Shown here one piece after another: positions 8,423-18,123 of a stretch of 64,000 nucleotides of DNA. Within the stretch, counting starts at the first letter, position 1, and each line of letters begins with the position of its first letter. A program made the position numbers and the translations under genes. The DNA comes from Candidatus Iainarchaeum sp. (GTDB taxonomy: Archaea > Iainarchaeota > Iainarchaeia > Iainarchaeales > DTGL01): contig JAOAJX010000004.1 of NCBI GenBank assembly GCA_026413945.1, positions 32,483-96,482 of the forward strand, in the 5' to 3' direction. Under the pieces are notes generated by a model. It was given only the letters and a program-made list of their open reading frames with translations, searched no databases and was not told the DNA's origin.

Positions 8423-9688
8423 TTAACTTTTTTCATTTTGAATATTGACCTTGCTTTTTTCTTCGCCGAGACTAAGCAGATAGTTTTTTGCACCATCAAT
8501 GTCATCAGCTTCCAACATGCTGAAAAGTTTTCTTGCATCAAATGCGTTATTGAAGTTTGTTTCGCCAAGTTTTTTCTCGAGGAGTTCATAGCCAAACTCC
8601 AGCACTGATTTATTTTTTTCTTGCAATGCAACTAGCTCAGAGAGTTTTTTTGAAAAAGATTGCGCGAAAAAGTCTGAATCTATAGATATTATTGCTTTCT
8701 TGGAATACTCATCCAAAATATCCTTAATATCAATGCTTTCAGGAGTATGGCCTTTTGCCAAAGATCCTGAAAGCTTGATTTTCACAAGTGGCATTTTGCA
8801 GTATTGCTCCGATGTTATCTTACCAAGAACCTCCCGCAGTCGCTTTGCGACAATGTTTTTTTCAGCGTTTTCAAACTCTAATTTTTCATATATAAAAGGC
8901 CTTTGATTTGGCAAATGCAAAAAATCAAGTGCTTTGCTTTTTGTATCCATGATGTATATGCCTTTTGGCTTTTTGGCTTCTAGGCGCTTCATCTGCGTAA
9001 GCATTGTAGAGCCGGTGAGAATTAAATGCTTATTACCCTGCTTTACTTCATTTTGCCAGTGAAGATGCCCATTGACTATGATGTCAAAGCCTTCTGGAAG
9101 TGAGTCAATGGTTAGCGTAGCAATCATTTCATCATCAAATGGCAGAAATTCCTTGAATGATTGATGCAGCACAAGAATGTTAAATGCTTTTGGTTCTGGC
9201 TTTGGGTTCCAGGCGCGGAGCACGTCTAAGGCCTTCTTTTCTGGAACACCGCCAAGCCCATGAATTGCGATGAGTTCTCCATTTTGCTCAAAAAGAGCCC
9301 TTTCACCATGCAGATATGCTATAAACCCAGCTTCTTCAAAAAGCTGCAGATAATTGGCATAATCACGGCTTCTAAACTCATGTGTGCCATGGATTGCAAA
9401 AATTGGAATGCCATTGAGCTTAAGCTCTCGCTCTTTTTCAGAGCTAATTTTCTTTACAATGAGCAAATTTTTGTTGGCATTTTTTGCGATTGAAAAAACT
9501 GAAAAAGCCTGAATTAGATGCAATGACTCTGGAACTTCCTTATCAAATATATCGCCAGCAATAACTATTGCTTGTGCGCCTCTTTCAACAGCCAGCTTCA
9601 TTGCAGCAAAAGCATTCTCAAAAGCCTCGTTTTCGCGCCCCTTCTGGGAAAAGCCAAGATGGAAATCTGACAAAAAAGCAATCTTCAT
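8423..9688 (-). CDS. Calcineurin-like metallophosphoesterase, Mre11/SbcD-like DNA repair nuclease
   Basis: 'MKIAFLSDFHLG', 'GDIFD' and 'IHGTHEF' phosphoesterase motifs plus a C-terminal capping-like domain; start moved to the internal ATG to avoid overlap; no Rad50 adjacent. Confidence 0.55.
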   Translation of the reverse strand: MKIAFLSDFHLGFSQKGRENEAFENAFAAMKLAVERGAQAIVIAGDIFDKEVPESLHLIQAFSVFSIAKNANKNLLIVKKISSEKERELKLNGIPIFAIHGTHEFRSRDYANYLQLFEEAGFIAYLHGERALFEQNGELIAIHGLGGVPEKKALDVLRAWNPKPEPKAFNILVLHQSFKEFLPFDDEMIATLTIDSLPEGFDIIVNGHLHWQNEVKQGNKHLILTGSTMLTQMKRLEAKKPKGIYIMDTKSKALDFLHLPNQRPFIYEKLEFENAEKNIVAKRLREVLGKITSEQYCKMPLVKIKLSGSLAKGHTPESIDIKDILDEYSKKAIISIDSDFFAQSFSKKLSELVALQEKNKSVLEFGYELLEKKLGETNFNNAFDARKLFSMLEADDIDGAKNYLLSLGEEKSKVNIQNEKS

Positions 9689-9713
9689 GAAGTATATGAA
9701 GCTAAATTTTAAT

Positions 9714-10658
9714 TTAAATATATGCTGTATAACCAACTTTTTCGGTTTTGCCCAGCAGAATTTTTTCTAAATTTGCCATACCTGCTTTTGACATCAGCAA
9801 AAGAGGTCTAAAAATCGGAATTTTGATATTTGAATCTAACAAAAATTGCCCACAAAAATTAGTTTTTGAAATTTTTCTTTCTGGGACTACAAGTGCAGAA
9901 ATTCCCTCCTCGTTTATAAGGCAATCAATATCTGCAAAATTAGTTACTTTAAAATTACGCCAAAGATTCCATTGCGATAAAATCTCGAGTGCATTGCCAA
10001 TATTTCCAGCATTAGAGCCAGTAACTGGAAAAACATTGCAGCCTTTGCGCATCATGAGCCAAGCGCAAATAGCGCTCTCAATCTTATTTTTATCGCCCTC
10101 AAACAGAACAGCCACATTACCTTCTACACCTAAAGGTAAACCACCAAAGCATTTTAGCTCATTAAAGTAAAATAAAGCTTTATCATTTTCTATATCTATG
10201 TGAAGCCTATAATCTGGTTTTGAGAGATTAACTTTAAGGCCGTAAGTTTTAACAACATCGGCTCCAACAAAAACTTCAGCATCCTTCGAAGTAAAACTGT
10301 GCTTACCAGAACGTGAGCATTCAATTGCAAAAGTGCCATCTTTTCCAGAAAAAAGATCCCGGGATATTAAGGCTAAGTCTTCAATATCTTGAAAAAAGTA
10401 CTTATGAGCAATTGCAACAGAATAGATCCCAAAAATTTTCTTCAATATTTTAATACAAGTCTCAGATGCATCTGATTGTAAAAGAAGTCTATCGCTTAAA
10501 GTTTGAATATACCTAAAAGCAATTTGATTACGCTTTAGAGCACACCCAACATTGCTGCGTAGCTTCTTTACAAAGTAGCGCCTAGTCGGAGCGCTTTTTA
10601 GGAATATGGAGGGAGAAAATTTAGCCATTATTAGTTGTCCTTCGCTATTGTAAGCCAT
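9714..10658 (-). CDS. THUMP-domain protein, ThiI-like tRNA modification enzyme lacking an obvious PP-loop
   Basis: N-terminal ferredoxin-like/THUMP pattern resembling ThiI; no SGGxDS motif seen in the C-terminal half. Confidence 0.45.
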   Translation of the reverse strand: MAYNSEGQLIMAKFSPSIFLKSAPTRRYFVKKLRSNVGCALKRNQIAFRYIQTLSDRLLLQSDASETCIKILKKIFGIYSVAIAHKYFFQDIEDLALISRDLFSGKDGTFAIECSRSGKHSFTSKDAEVFVGADVVKTYGLKVNLSKPDYRLHIDIENDKALFYFNELKCFGGLPLGVEGNVAVLFEGDKNKIESAICAWLMMRKGCNVFPVTGSNAGNIGNALEILSQWNLWRNFKVTNFADIDCLINEEGISALVVPERKISKTNFCGQFLLDSNIKIPIFRPLLLMSKAGMANLEKILLGKTEKVGYTAYI

Positions 10659-10747
10659 AATTAGACTCTGTCAGCAAACATTTAATTTTAAATATGTTAT
10701 GTAATTCCAATTTATTTAATTTTTGTCACCACTCAGGGGGTTGAAAT

Positions 10748-12697
10748 ATGAAAAAATGGGTTACTGACAAAGATAGTAAAGGTTATTACTGGCCGAGCGA
10801 AGAAGCAAAAAGCTACGCTTGGGTCAAAGATGAGAAAATATATGAAGAAGCTGCAAAAGACCCTATAGCTTTTTGGGACAAAAAGGCAAGAGAAGGAATA
10901 AGCTGGTTCAAGCCTTGGAAGAAGACATATTTGTGGAAACCGCCATATTACAAATGGTTCATAGGCGGCAAGCTAAATGTATGTTACAATTGTGTTGATA
11001 GGCATGTTGAATCTGGCAAGGGGAAAAAGCCTGCAATAATATGGATACCGGAGCCAATGAACGAAGAGAAAAAAGTATTGACATTTGAAGAGTTGCACAA
11101 AGAGGTACAGAAGTTTGCAAATGTTCTTAAAGAGCTTGGAGTAAAGAAAGGCGACCGCGTAACCATATATCTCCCTATGATACCCGAAGCACAAATTGCC
11201 ATGCTTGCATGTGCAAGAATAGGCGCTATACATAGCGTGGTTTTCTCTGCATTTAGCCCGGAGTCTTTAAGAGCAAGAATAGATGACGCAAAGTCAAAAG
11301 TGCTCATAACTTCTGATGGTTACTATAGACGGGGCAAAATAGTGGAACTTAAGAAAAATGCTGATGAAGCAGTGAGTGGAAAGAGCCCAATAAAAAAGGT
11401 AATTGTTGTTAAGCGTGCAGGCAATCAGGTTGAAATGAAAAAAAAGCGCGATTTCTGGTGGCATGAGTTAATGGCAAAAGCAAAGGAAAAGTGCGCACCA
11501 GCAAAGCTTGACAGTGAACAGCCGCTATTTATTCTATACACAAGTGGCACAACGGGAAAGCCAAAAGGTGTAATTCATGTCAATGGCGGTTATATTGTAA
11601 TGGCTTATTGGACATCAAAGTATGTATTTGATCTTCATGATGAAGACATATTTTGGTGTACTGCAGATATTGGTTGGGTAACTGGGCACACTTACAACTG
11701 CTATGGCATATTAGCAACCGGATCAACACTGCTCTTCTACGAAGGAACACCTGATTTCCCAGACAAAGATAGATGGTGGAAGATAGTTGAAGAAAACAAA
11801 GTAACAATCTTTTACACTGCACCAACCGCTATAAGGATGTGTGCCCAATGGGGTTCTGAGTGGCCGGCAAAGCATGACCTTAGCTCATTGAGGCTCTTGG
11901 GCACTGTTGGTGAACCGATAGATCAACAAGCTTGGTCATGGTACTTTGAAAACATCGGTGGCTCTAGATGTCCGATTGTAGATACTTGGTGGCAGACAGA
12001 AACTGGAGCAACACTCATAACAACTCTTCCGGGCGTAGGTCCATTCATACCCACTGTAGCGGGCAGGACTTTTCCTGGCGTAACTGCAGATATTGTAGAT
12101 GCAGAGAAAAACAGTGTTAGCGGTGATATGGGTGGCTACCTTGTGCTAAAGAGCCCTTTCCCGCCAAGCTTGCTTAGAGGTCTTTGGAAAGCTGAAAAGA
12201 AGTACATTGAAACATATTGGCTTAGCTACGACAAAGAGTTTTACTCTACCAATGATGGGGCAAGGCGTGTTGATAATAAGTATATAAGGATAACTGGCAG
12301 GGTTGACGACGTAATGAATGTATCAGGCCATAGAATATCAACTGCAGAGATTGAAAATGCAATAGCTTCGCATAAGAACGTTGCTGAGTGTGCAGTTGTT
12401 TCTCAGCCGCACCCCATAAAAGGCGAAGCTCCGTTTGCTTTTGTGGTTTTGAAGGAAGCGCAGCCAAGCGAACAGCTAAAGAATGAGCTCTTTGAGACAG
12501 TAAGAGTTAAAATAGGGCCAATTGCAAAACCAGAGGTAATAGCGTTTGCGGACGCACTGCCAAAAACAAGGTCTGGCAAAATCATGAGAAGGATGCTTCG
12601 CGCTCTTGTAACGAATCAGCCAATTGGCGATACAACAACGTTGCTTAATCCTGAAAGCATAGAGCAACTAAAGAAAGTAGTTGGATATAAGGGGTGA
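10748..12697 (+). CDS. acs: Acetyl-CoA synthetase (AMP-forming)
   Basis: 'YWTSKYVFD...FWCTADIGWVTGHTYNCYGILATGSTLLFYEGTP' and the 'YTSGTTGKPKG' AMP-binding motif. Confidence 0.9.
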   Translation: MKKWVTDKDSKGYYWPSEEAKSYAWVKDEKIYEEAAKDPIAFWDKKAREGISWFKPWKKTYLWKPPYYKWFIGGKLNVCYNCVDRHVESGKGKKPAIIWIPEPMNEEKKVLTFEELHKEVQKFANVLKELGVKKGDRVTIYLPMIPEAQIAMLACARIGAIHSVVFSAFSPESLRARIDDAKSKVLITSDGYYRRGKIVELKKNADEAVSGKSPIKKVIVVKRAGNQVEMKKKRDFWWHELMAKAKEKCAPAKLDSEQPLFILYTSGTTGKPKGVIHVNGGYIVMAYWTSKYVFDLHDEDIFWCTADIGWVTGHTYNCYGILATGSTLLFYEGTPDFPDKDRWWKIVEENKVTIFYTAPTAIRMCAQWGSEWPAKHDLSSLRLLGTVGEPIDQQAWSWYFENIGGSRCPIVDTWWQTETGATLITTLPGVGPFIPTVAGRTFPGVTADIVDAEKNSVSGDMGGYLVLKSPFPPSLLRGLWKAEKKYIETYWLSYDKEFYSTNDGARRVDNKYIRITGRVDDVMNVSGHRISTAEIENAIASHKNVAECAVVSQPHPIKGEAPFAFVVLKEAQPSEQLKNELFETVRVKIGPIAKPEVIAFADALPKTRSGKIMRRMLRALVTNQPIGDTTTLLNPESIEQLKKVVGYKG

Positions 12698-12775
12698 GGT
12701 TTTTTTTTACTTTTTAACTTCCTTTTCCTTTATTCTTTTTTTCTTTATTTTTATTTAATCTTTTTTTAATTTTCT
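12698..12775. terminator. T-rich bidirectional terminator region between convergent acs and top6A
   Basis: Runs of T (for example tttttttttt) on both strands, consistent with archaeal oligo-T termination. Confidence 0.3.
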
Positions 12776-13978
12776 TTATGGTAAAAATATCTTCTTTTTT
12801 ATCTTAGTTGGTAAATACTCTGTTGCAACAAACTCAAGGCTTCTGTTTGCAAGTGCTTGTTGCTCTATCCTTACTTTCATGTCCATAGCGAGCTTTAATT
12901 CCTCTTGCCAAGGCTTGTTTTGGAACCAATCGTAAGACATTAGCTCTTTTGCTCTTTTAAGATCAAGCAATTTCATCTTTTCAGTTACATTCTCAAGCTT
13001 ATATTCTTTTATATCCTCTATGGTCATGCCAATATACTTTGCATCAGGACATGCTAAAAGCTGCGAATGTGCAGCCAAAGCCATTGATCCCTGTTTTATA
13101 ACGCTGTAAATATACCAACCGTATGGGTCTCCGTCTGTAAATACATAAACAGGAAGATTACACTCAAAGTGAAGCCTATGTATTAGACGCCTTGTTCCTC
13201 TCGCAGCTTGACCACCGGTTCCAACAAGTATTGCTCTATTTTTTCTTGCAAAATCTTCCTCTATTAGGCGCTCATACATAGCGCTTGTCTCAATCACTAA
13301 AACATAATCAGCATTAACACTTTCAATCTCTATTTCATTTGGCTCCATACGGCTCATTATGCTCCAACCACCACGACCTAATTTTAGACAATTGAATTTG
13401 TCGTTTCTGTGTTGCCGGTCTATAAGAGTAATATCCCCATAAAGAGTTCCCTTTGGATTTGCGTGCACATTAAGCTTTTCCCTTATAGTGTCAATGCTGT
13501 GCTCAAGGTCCACTATGGCTGCATCACTCTCACGTTGATCTTCAAAAGTGTTTTCGTTTGTTTTTCCAACCGTGTGCTTAAGTTCGTAGTAAATCTCCCT
13601 GATTGATGCTGTTTTGTTATGCGTAAGATACTCATGTGTTTTTCCCATAACAAGCATTGTTTGCATGAACTTTCTTGCATGAGCTATGTTTAAGAACGTC
13701 CTTGTTGAGCTTTTGTCACCAAGCTTTATTATGCCCATATCTTCATCAAAAAGAACATTGCCTCGGCCTCTTAGCTTTGTCTCAAACTTAGGGTTTTTGC
13801 CAGACTCTATTTCAGAGACTATCTTAAGCCCAATGTTTTTTATCTTGTCAGCAATCTCTTTTGGACCTTCTGTTTCCATGTGTTTTATTGATTTTTTGCC
13901 AAAAGTCTTGCTTTTTTCAGTAGGTTTGCTAGATTCAGACTTCTTCTGCTTCTTCATCGTCTTCACCTTCTTCATCAT
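12776..13978 (-). CDS. top6A: DNA topoisomerase VI subunit A (Spo11-like)
   Basis: Winged-helix catalytic Tyr region plus Toprim 'VLVIETSAMYERL...LVGTGGQAARGTRR'. Confidence 0.85.
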   Translation of the reverse strand: MMKKVKTMKKQKKSESSKPTEKSKTFGKKSIKHMETEGPKEIADKIKNIGLKIVSEIESGKNPKFETKLRGRGNVLFDEDMGIIKLGDKSSTRTFLNIAHARKFMQTMLVMGKTHEYLTHNKTASIREIYYELKHTVGKTNENTFEDQRESDAAIVDLEHSIDTIREKLNVHANPKGTLYGDITLIDRQHRNDKFNCLKLGRGGWSIMSRMEPNEIEIESVNADYVLVIETSAMYERLIEEDFARKNRAILVGTGGQAARGTRRLIHRLHFECNLPVYVFTDGDPYGWYIYSVIKQGSMALAAHSQLLACPDAKYIGMTIEDIKEYKLENVTEKMKLLDLKRAKELMSYDWFQNKPWQEELKLAMDMKVRIEQQALANRSLEFVATEYLPTKIKKKIFLP

Positions 13979-15680
13979 CTACTTTCTTTACAGCCTTAGC
14001 CTCTTCTTTTTCATCAATCTTAAGCTTATTTGCTACAAGCCACTCAAGCTTATTGATGAGGTGCTCCTTCTGCTTTTTTGTTATCTTGCTCAATGCATCA
14101 GCAATTTCGGGTATGTAGCGGTAGAATATATCACGCTTCATTTTCCTTTCAATCAAAGCCCTTTTTGCTGAGATATACCTGCTTGTCTTCCTTGCACACA
14201 TCATTATTGCTAAGCGAAGTTCTTCAACAATCTCATCCTCATCAGCTACTGCTTGCTTGCCTGCTCCAGTATAAGGAACATGCACAGATATGAAGTTCAC
14301 AAATATTGTCAATGGAACATTTTCAAGGTCTTTGACTCCGTAGCGCTTCCAGTCAATGTCATGGACTGTTTTTGTTATAGCACAGTTGCCGGCATCGAAA
14401 AGCAATGGTGCCCTGTTTGCAAATCTCATTATTTCAACCTTGGCTCCTTGATTTTGTTCATCTATTGCAGCAGCATTATTTGCGTTGCTTTTCTGTGTTT
14501 CTTCTGTTTCTTGTGTCAAAATGCCCGCTTTCCCGCCATAAGCAATACCAATTTCAACCTGAAAAGGATATCCGCCTGCATAAACCTTCGGTGGCCTTGT
14601 AAGCGTACAAACGTGCTCAGGCTGCACTATAGTTTCGAGAGATTTTTTTATGCGTTCTTCGCCTATGGGAATGAGGCCTTCTGTGCTCGGAGCTATGAAC
14701 TTTATTTGCTTGAATGCATTGATTATTGTTTCTGCCTCTTGCCATGTAAGCTTTTTTGGATCCTTATTTAAGTCGAAATTAACCAATTTCTGGAGGTTTT
14801 CTATGGCAGTATCGCCCATGCGATCAAACTCAGACTTAAGAAAAGATGAAACCTTCTGTGCCTTTGTTGCCTGTGCCATTGTTATGATGTCATCAACTGT
14901 TGCTCCGGCTGGATGCGGTTTCATTGGCTTTGGAATTTTTGGCAAATATGTTGTGCTTCTGTTAAAAATAATCTTTTCACCTTTTGGTGAGCGAAATATT
15001 ATTTTAGCATGCGGGTTCGCAATGGCTGTTCTTCTCAAATATTCCAAAGGGCCGGTTGCTGATTCCTTATAAAGAACACCTTTAAACCTTGCTTGAACCA
15101 TAAGGCCACGGAAGTCCCTTTCAACCTCCTTAAAATTGTATATCTTTGGCTCATTTTTCTTTGGATCAATAGCAAGCTCGCACGCGAACGCTTTACCTTT
15201 TCCTGTGCCACTTATCACTTTTATGGCTTTGCCGGTGGTCATCTGACTTAGCATAGTACAGCCACTTGCACCAATTCCCTGTTGGCCACGCATTTGTATT
15301 ATTCTATGGAATTTTGTGCCAGCTAGCAATTGACCGAGTGCTTTGCCTATGGTTTCTTTTGTTAAACCTGGGCCGTTGTCTTTCACTGTAACAAGATAGT
15401 ATTCAGGACCGAGCTCATCAATCTTAACTTCTATTTCAGGCAGTATGCCTGCTTCCTCGCAAGCATCTAGTGAGTTTGTGACGTATTCATGTACTATTGT
15501 TGTGAGCATTCTTATCTTTCCGTAAAGGCCAAGCATCTGCATGTTCTTCTTGAAAAATTCTGCAACGCTATGTTCCTTGAATTCTTTTGCGAGAGCTTCA
15601 GCGGTTAAAATATTTATTTTATCGTTATCCTCTTTTAGCTCAGTTTTATTTGAAGCTGCTTTTTCAGCTTTTTTTGCCAT
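13935..15680 (-). CDS. top6B: DNA topoisomerase VI subunit B (GHKL ATPase)
   Basis: Bergerat fold 'VTNSLDACEE...VKDNGPGL...GQQGIGASG'; transducer domain; acidic C-terminal tail. Confidence 0.9.
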   Translation of the reverse strand: MAKKAEKAASNKTELKEDNDKINILTAEALAKEFKEHSVAEFFKKNMQMLGLYGKIRMLTTIVHEYVTNSLDACEEAGILPEIEVKIDELGPEYYLVTVKDNGPGLTKETIGKALGQLLAGTKFHRIIQMRGQQGIGASGCTMLSQMTTGKAIKVISGTGKGKAFACELAIDPKKNEPKIYNFKEVERDFRGLMVQARFKGVLYKESATGPLEYLRRTAIANPHAKIIFRSPKGEKIIFNRSTTYLPKIPKPMKPHPAGATVDDIITMAQATKAQKVSSFLKSEFDRMGDTAIENLQKLVNFDLNKDPKKLTWQEAETIINAFKQIKFIAPSTEGLIPIGEERIKKSLETIVQPEHVCTLTRPPKVYAGGYPFQVEIGIAYGGKAGILTQETEETQKSNANNAAAIDEQNQGAKVEIMRFANRAPLLFDAGNCAITKTVHDIDWKRYGVKDLENVPLTIFVNFISVHVPYTGAGKQAVADEDEIVEELRLAIMMCARKTSRYISAKRALIERKMKRDIFYRYIPEIADALSKITKKQKEHLINKLEWLVANKLKIDEKEEAKAVKKVDDEEGEDDEEAEEV

Positions 15681-15688
15681 AGAACCAC

Positions 15689-16219
15689 CTAAAAATCAAA
15701 ATCTGCTTTGCCACTCTTTCTTAAGCTATGGTGCCTAAACGCAGTTTCTATCTCTGCACCTGACAAAATGTCAAGCACAATTGCTTCGGCAAAATCTAAA
15801 TCATCTTGTGTACCAATTATCGACACTGTATCACCATAAACTGAAAGGTAGCAGTTACAGGATTCTTCTATGCGCTTCCTTATACTTCCTTCCGTACCAA
15901 TCACCCTGGATTTTTTTGTGTGTATCGCTTTTTGACTTTTGCCAACCAACTCACGAACATCAAGTACCCTCAGCTCATAATAGTCTTTGCTTAACATAAA
16001 GGCCTTTTCTGGAGCAAAGCCCCTTGCAATTGCTTTGCAAATTTTTTCGGCAACCATAACCTGAAATGCATCATCGCCAGTTATTGAAACTTCACCATTT
16101 TCGCTATCTACAACAATATTTGTCTTCGTAAGTGCCTCTATTCTTTTTTTAGTTTTGCCTTTAGGCCCTATTATCACGCCTATACGCTCCTCTGGGACTA
16201 AAAGACAAGTGGAGGCCAT
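15689..16219 (-). CDS. KH-domain RNA-binding protein (aDim2/Pno1-like)
   Basis: Two KH modules ('IGVIIGPKGKTKKRIE', 'VIGTEGSIRKRIEE'); adjacent to rio1, aIF1A and aIF2beta as in other archaea. Confidence 0.6.
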   Translation of the reverse strand: MASTCLLVPEERIGVIIGPKGKTKKRIEALTKTNIVVDSENGEVSITGDDAFQVMVAEKICKAIARGFAPEKAFMLSKDYYELRVLDVRELVGKSQKAIHTKKSRVIGTEGSIRKRIEESCNCYLSVYGDTVSIIGTQDDLDFAEAIVLDILSGAEIETAFRHHSLRKSGKADFDF

Positions 16220-16303
16220 TAAAAACCACTATGTTCCAACGAAACTAACTGCAAAAGATTTTAAAAGTATAACTAAAACCAATAGAATTGGATATTATAG
16301 CAC

Positions 16304-17041
16304 TTATCTGGCTTTTTTTATGTCTTGTTTTATCTCTTCTAAGCTCTTCTTTAGCCCATTTTTAGCAAGGTATGAGGAAATATTTTTGATATCTCTCTGA
16401 AAGAACTCCATGGCATGTGGATGCGCAGTCGTAACAGCTTGACCGCAGTCAATTATTACTGGTTTACCTTCAAAGTTAAGAATATTGTATTCTGAAAGAT
16501 CGCCATGCACAAGCTTTGCATGGTAAATCATTTTTGCAACCTCTTTTATTATAAATTCGTAAAGGAAATCAAAATCCGTTATTGGATCTTCCTTTAGTGG
16601 CATTGCAGCAGCATCATTTCCAATAAATTCCATCACAAGAACATTTTGGTTAAAAGCATATGGAAGCGGCACTCTGACTCCAGCATCAGCGAGCTTCTCG
16701 AGGTTTTTGTACTCCTTCCTTGCCCAAAGGCAGATTATATCGCGCCTGTCGCTGCTGATATTTTTAAAGCGGGGGTCCCCCTCAATATATTTGCGAAGGT
16801 TACGGAAGTTGCTTGTTTCTATCTTATATATTTTCACTGCCCTTTTTTTGCCAGCTTTGTCAAATGCAAGATATACGTGAGCTTCTTTGCCAGTGCTTAT
16901 GATATGCTCAAGATGGTCTATAAAACCCTTTGCCGCAAGTTCGTGGATTGCTGCTACTGTTGTGTAGTCGAAAACCTGTGAGAATGTATTTCGAAGCTTC
17001 TCATCTTTTATATAATCCTCAATTCTTGCTTTTGTTGACAT
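16304..17041 (-). CDS. rio1: RIO-type serine/threonine protein kinase Rio1
   Basis: 'STGKEAHVY', 'LVHGDLSEYNIL' and 'IIDCGQAV' RIO kinase motifs; no N-terminal wHTH, so Rio1 rather than Rio2. Confidence 0.85.
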   Translation of the reverse strand: MSTKARIEDYIKDEKLRNTFSQVFDYTTVAAIHELAAKGFIDHLEHIISTGKEAHVYLAFDKAGKKRAVKIYKIETSNFRNLRKYIEGDPRFKNISSDRRDIICLWARKEYKNLEKLADAGVRVPLPYAFNQNVLVMEFIGNDAAAMPLKEDPITDFDFLYEFIIKEVAKMIYHAKLVHGDLSEYNILNFEGKPVIIDCGQAVTTAHPHAMEFFQRDIKNISSYLAKNGLKKSLEEIKQDIKKAR

Positions 17042-17090
17042 TTATAACAACCAAAATTTCGATCTGAAAAAGTTTGGGGTTTTGGATTTT

Positions 17091-17420
17091 TTAGACTGGC
17101 AACCCCTTTAGTAATCCTTTCTTAGCAAGGTGGTATTTTTCATTATTGGAATACCGCCATTCGATATCCGCCTTGTCCTTTTGGAATTCCCAAAGCTTAA
17201 CTATTACAAGATCACCCTCGCGGAGCCATACGCGCTTTTTCATTCTGCCAGGAATCCTGCAATTGCGCTCTTTGCCATCTTGGCACAAAGCCATAACCTT
17301 ATTTGTGCCCATAAGCTTGCTTATAACAGCAAATTGCTCCAGTTCATTTGAATTTGGCATACGAAGCTTCTTGAAAATGAATTCTTGCTCTTGTTGATCA
17401 TCTTGCTCTCTATCGCCCAT
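17091..17420 (-). CDS. eif1a: Translation initiation factor 1A (aIF-1A)
   Basis: S1-like OB fold 'GRMKKRVWLREGDLVIVKLWEFQKDKADIEWRY'. Confidence 0.85.
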   Translation of the reverse strand: MGDREQDDQQEQEFIFKKLRMPNSNELEQFAVISKLMGTNKVMALCQDGKERNCRIPGRMKKRVWLREGDLVIVKLWEFQKDKADIEWRYSNNEKYHLAKKGLLKGLPV

Positions 17421-17426
17421 ATAATA

Positions 17427-17717
17427 TCACAGCTTATAAATTTGAACATGAGGTATGTTACCTATCTTAACTATATTTCGCTCAGTTATTAAACCTTTTT
17501 GAAGGGCAACACGCACTGCTTTTTCTCCAACAATGTTTATGTTAGTATGGCTTTCAAGAAGCTCAGCAAGCTTTTTCGGGGATATTTCAAACCCCTTATA
17601 AAAGGCCTCACTTACATGAAAATGAAGACCTGAGCTTTCAAATGTCTTGCCAATAAGTTCGTTATCACATACTGCGAGCACAGATCCCGACACGCTTTTA
17701 TGGATTTTACAGTACAC
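17427..17717 (-). CDS. Conserved archaeal small protein (DUF424-like), hypothetical
   Basis: 96-aa ORF in the conserved aIF cluster; my recollection of DUF424 is only approximate. Confidence 0.35.
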   Translation of the reverse strand: MYCKIHKSVSGSVLAVCDNELIGKTFESSGLHFHVSEAFYKGFEISPKKLAELLESHTNINIVGEKAVRVALQKGLITERNIVKIGNIPHVQIYKL

Positions 17718-18123
17718 TTTGCTCCCTCACAGATGCAATTGCACCACAGGCACTGCATTTAAGGCGCTTTACGCCATGTTGCTCTATAAACTTTGTGTCT
17801 GGCCTCCCGCATTCGGGGCATATTACAAATTCTTTTATATAAGCTTCAAGTATGCGTTGAACTTGCTGCTGTGTAAAAATGCCTTTAAGTATCAATCTAC
17901 CGGAATCGATGCTTGCCGCTGTTGCAAGCTGCTTGGTCATATATTTGAAAGCGTGGTTTTCTTCCCTGCTTATTGCTTCCATGATCTTTGAAAAATTAGA
18001 TATAATTGTTTTATTCCCTTGCACTAAGCTTTGCACAACAGGCATCTCAAAGCGCTCCTTCTTTAATGTCTTTTCCGGCATAGCTTTGTATGCTTCGTCC
18101 AGTAACTCATTGTAATCCATCAA
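17707..18123 (-). CDS. eif2b: Translation initiation factor 2 beta subunit (aIF-2beta)
   Basis: C-terminal zinc ribbon 'CPECGRPDTKFIEQHGVKRLKCSACGA' and the conserved N-terminal helix. Confidence 0.85.
   Translation of the reverse strand: MMDYNELLDEAYKAMPEKTLKKERFEMPVVQSLVQGNKTIISNFSKIMEAISREENHAFKYMTKQLATAASIDSGRLILKGIFTQQQVQRILEAYIKEFVICPECGRPDTKFIEQHGVKRLKCSACGAIASVREQSVL

Noticed and set aside
14078-15072. Antisense ORFs (up to 172 aa) within top6B
   Set aside because: They lie opposite a strongly supported conserved gene. Their translations are Cys/Phe/Leu-rich, typical of antisense AT-rich coding sequence.
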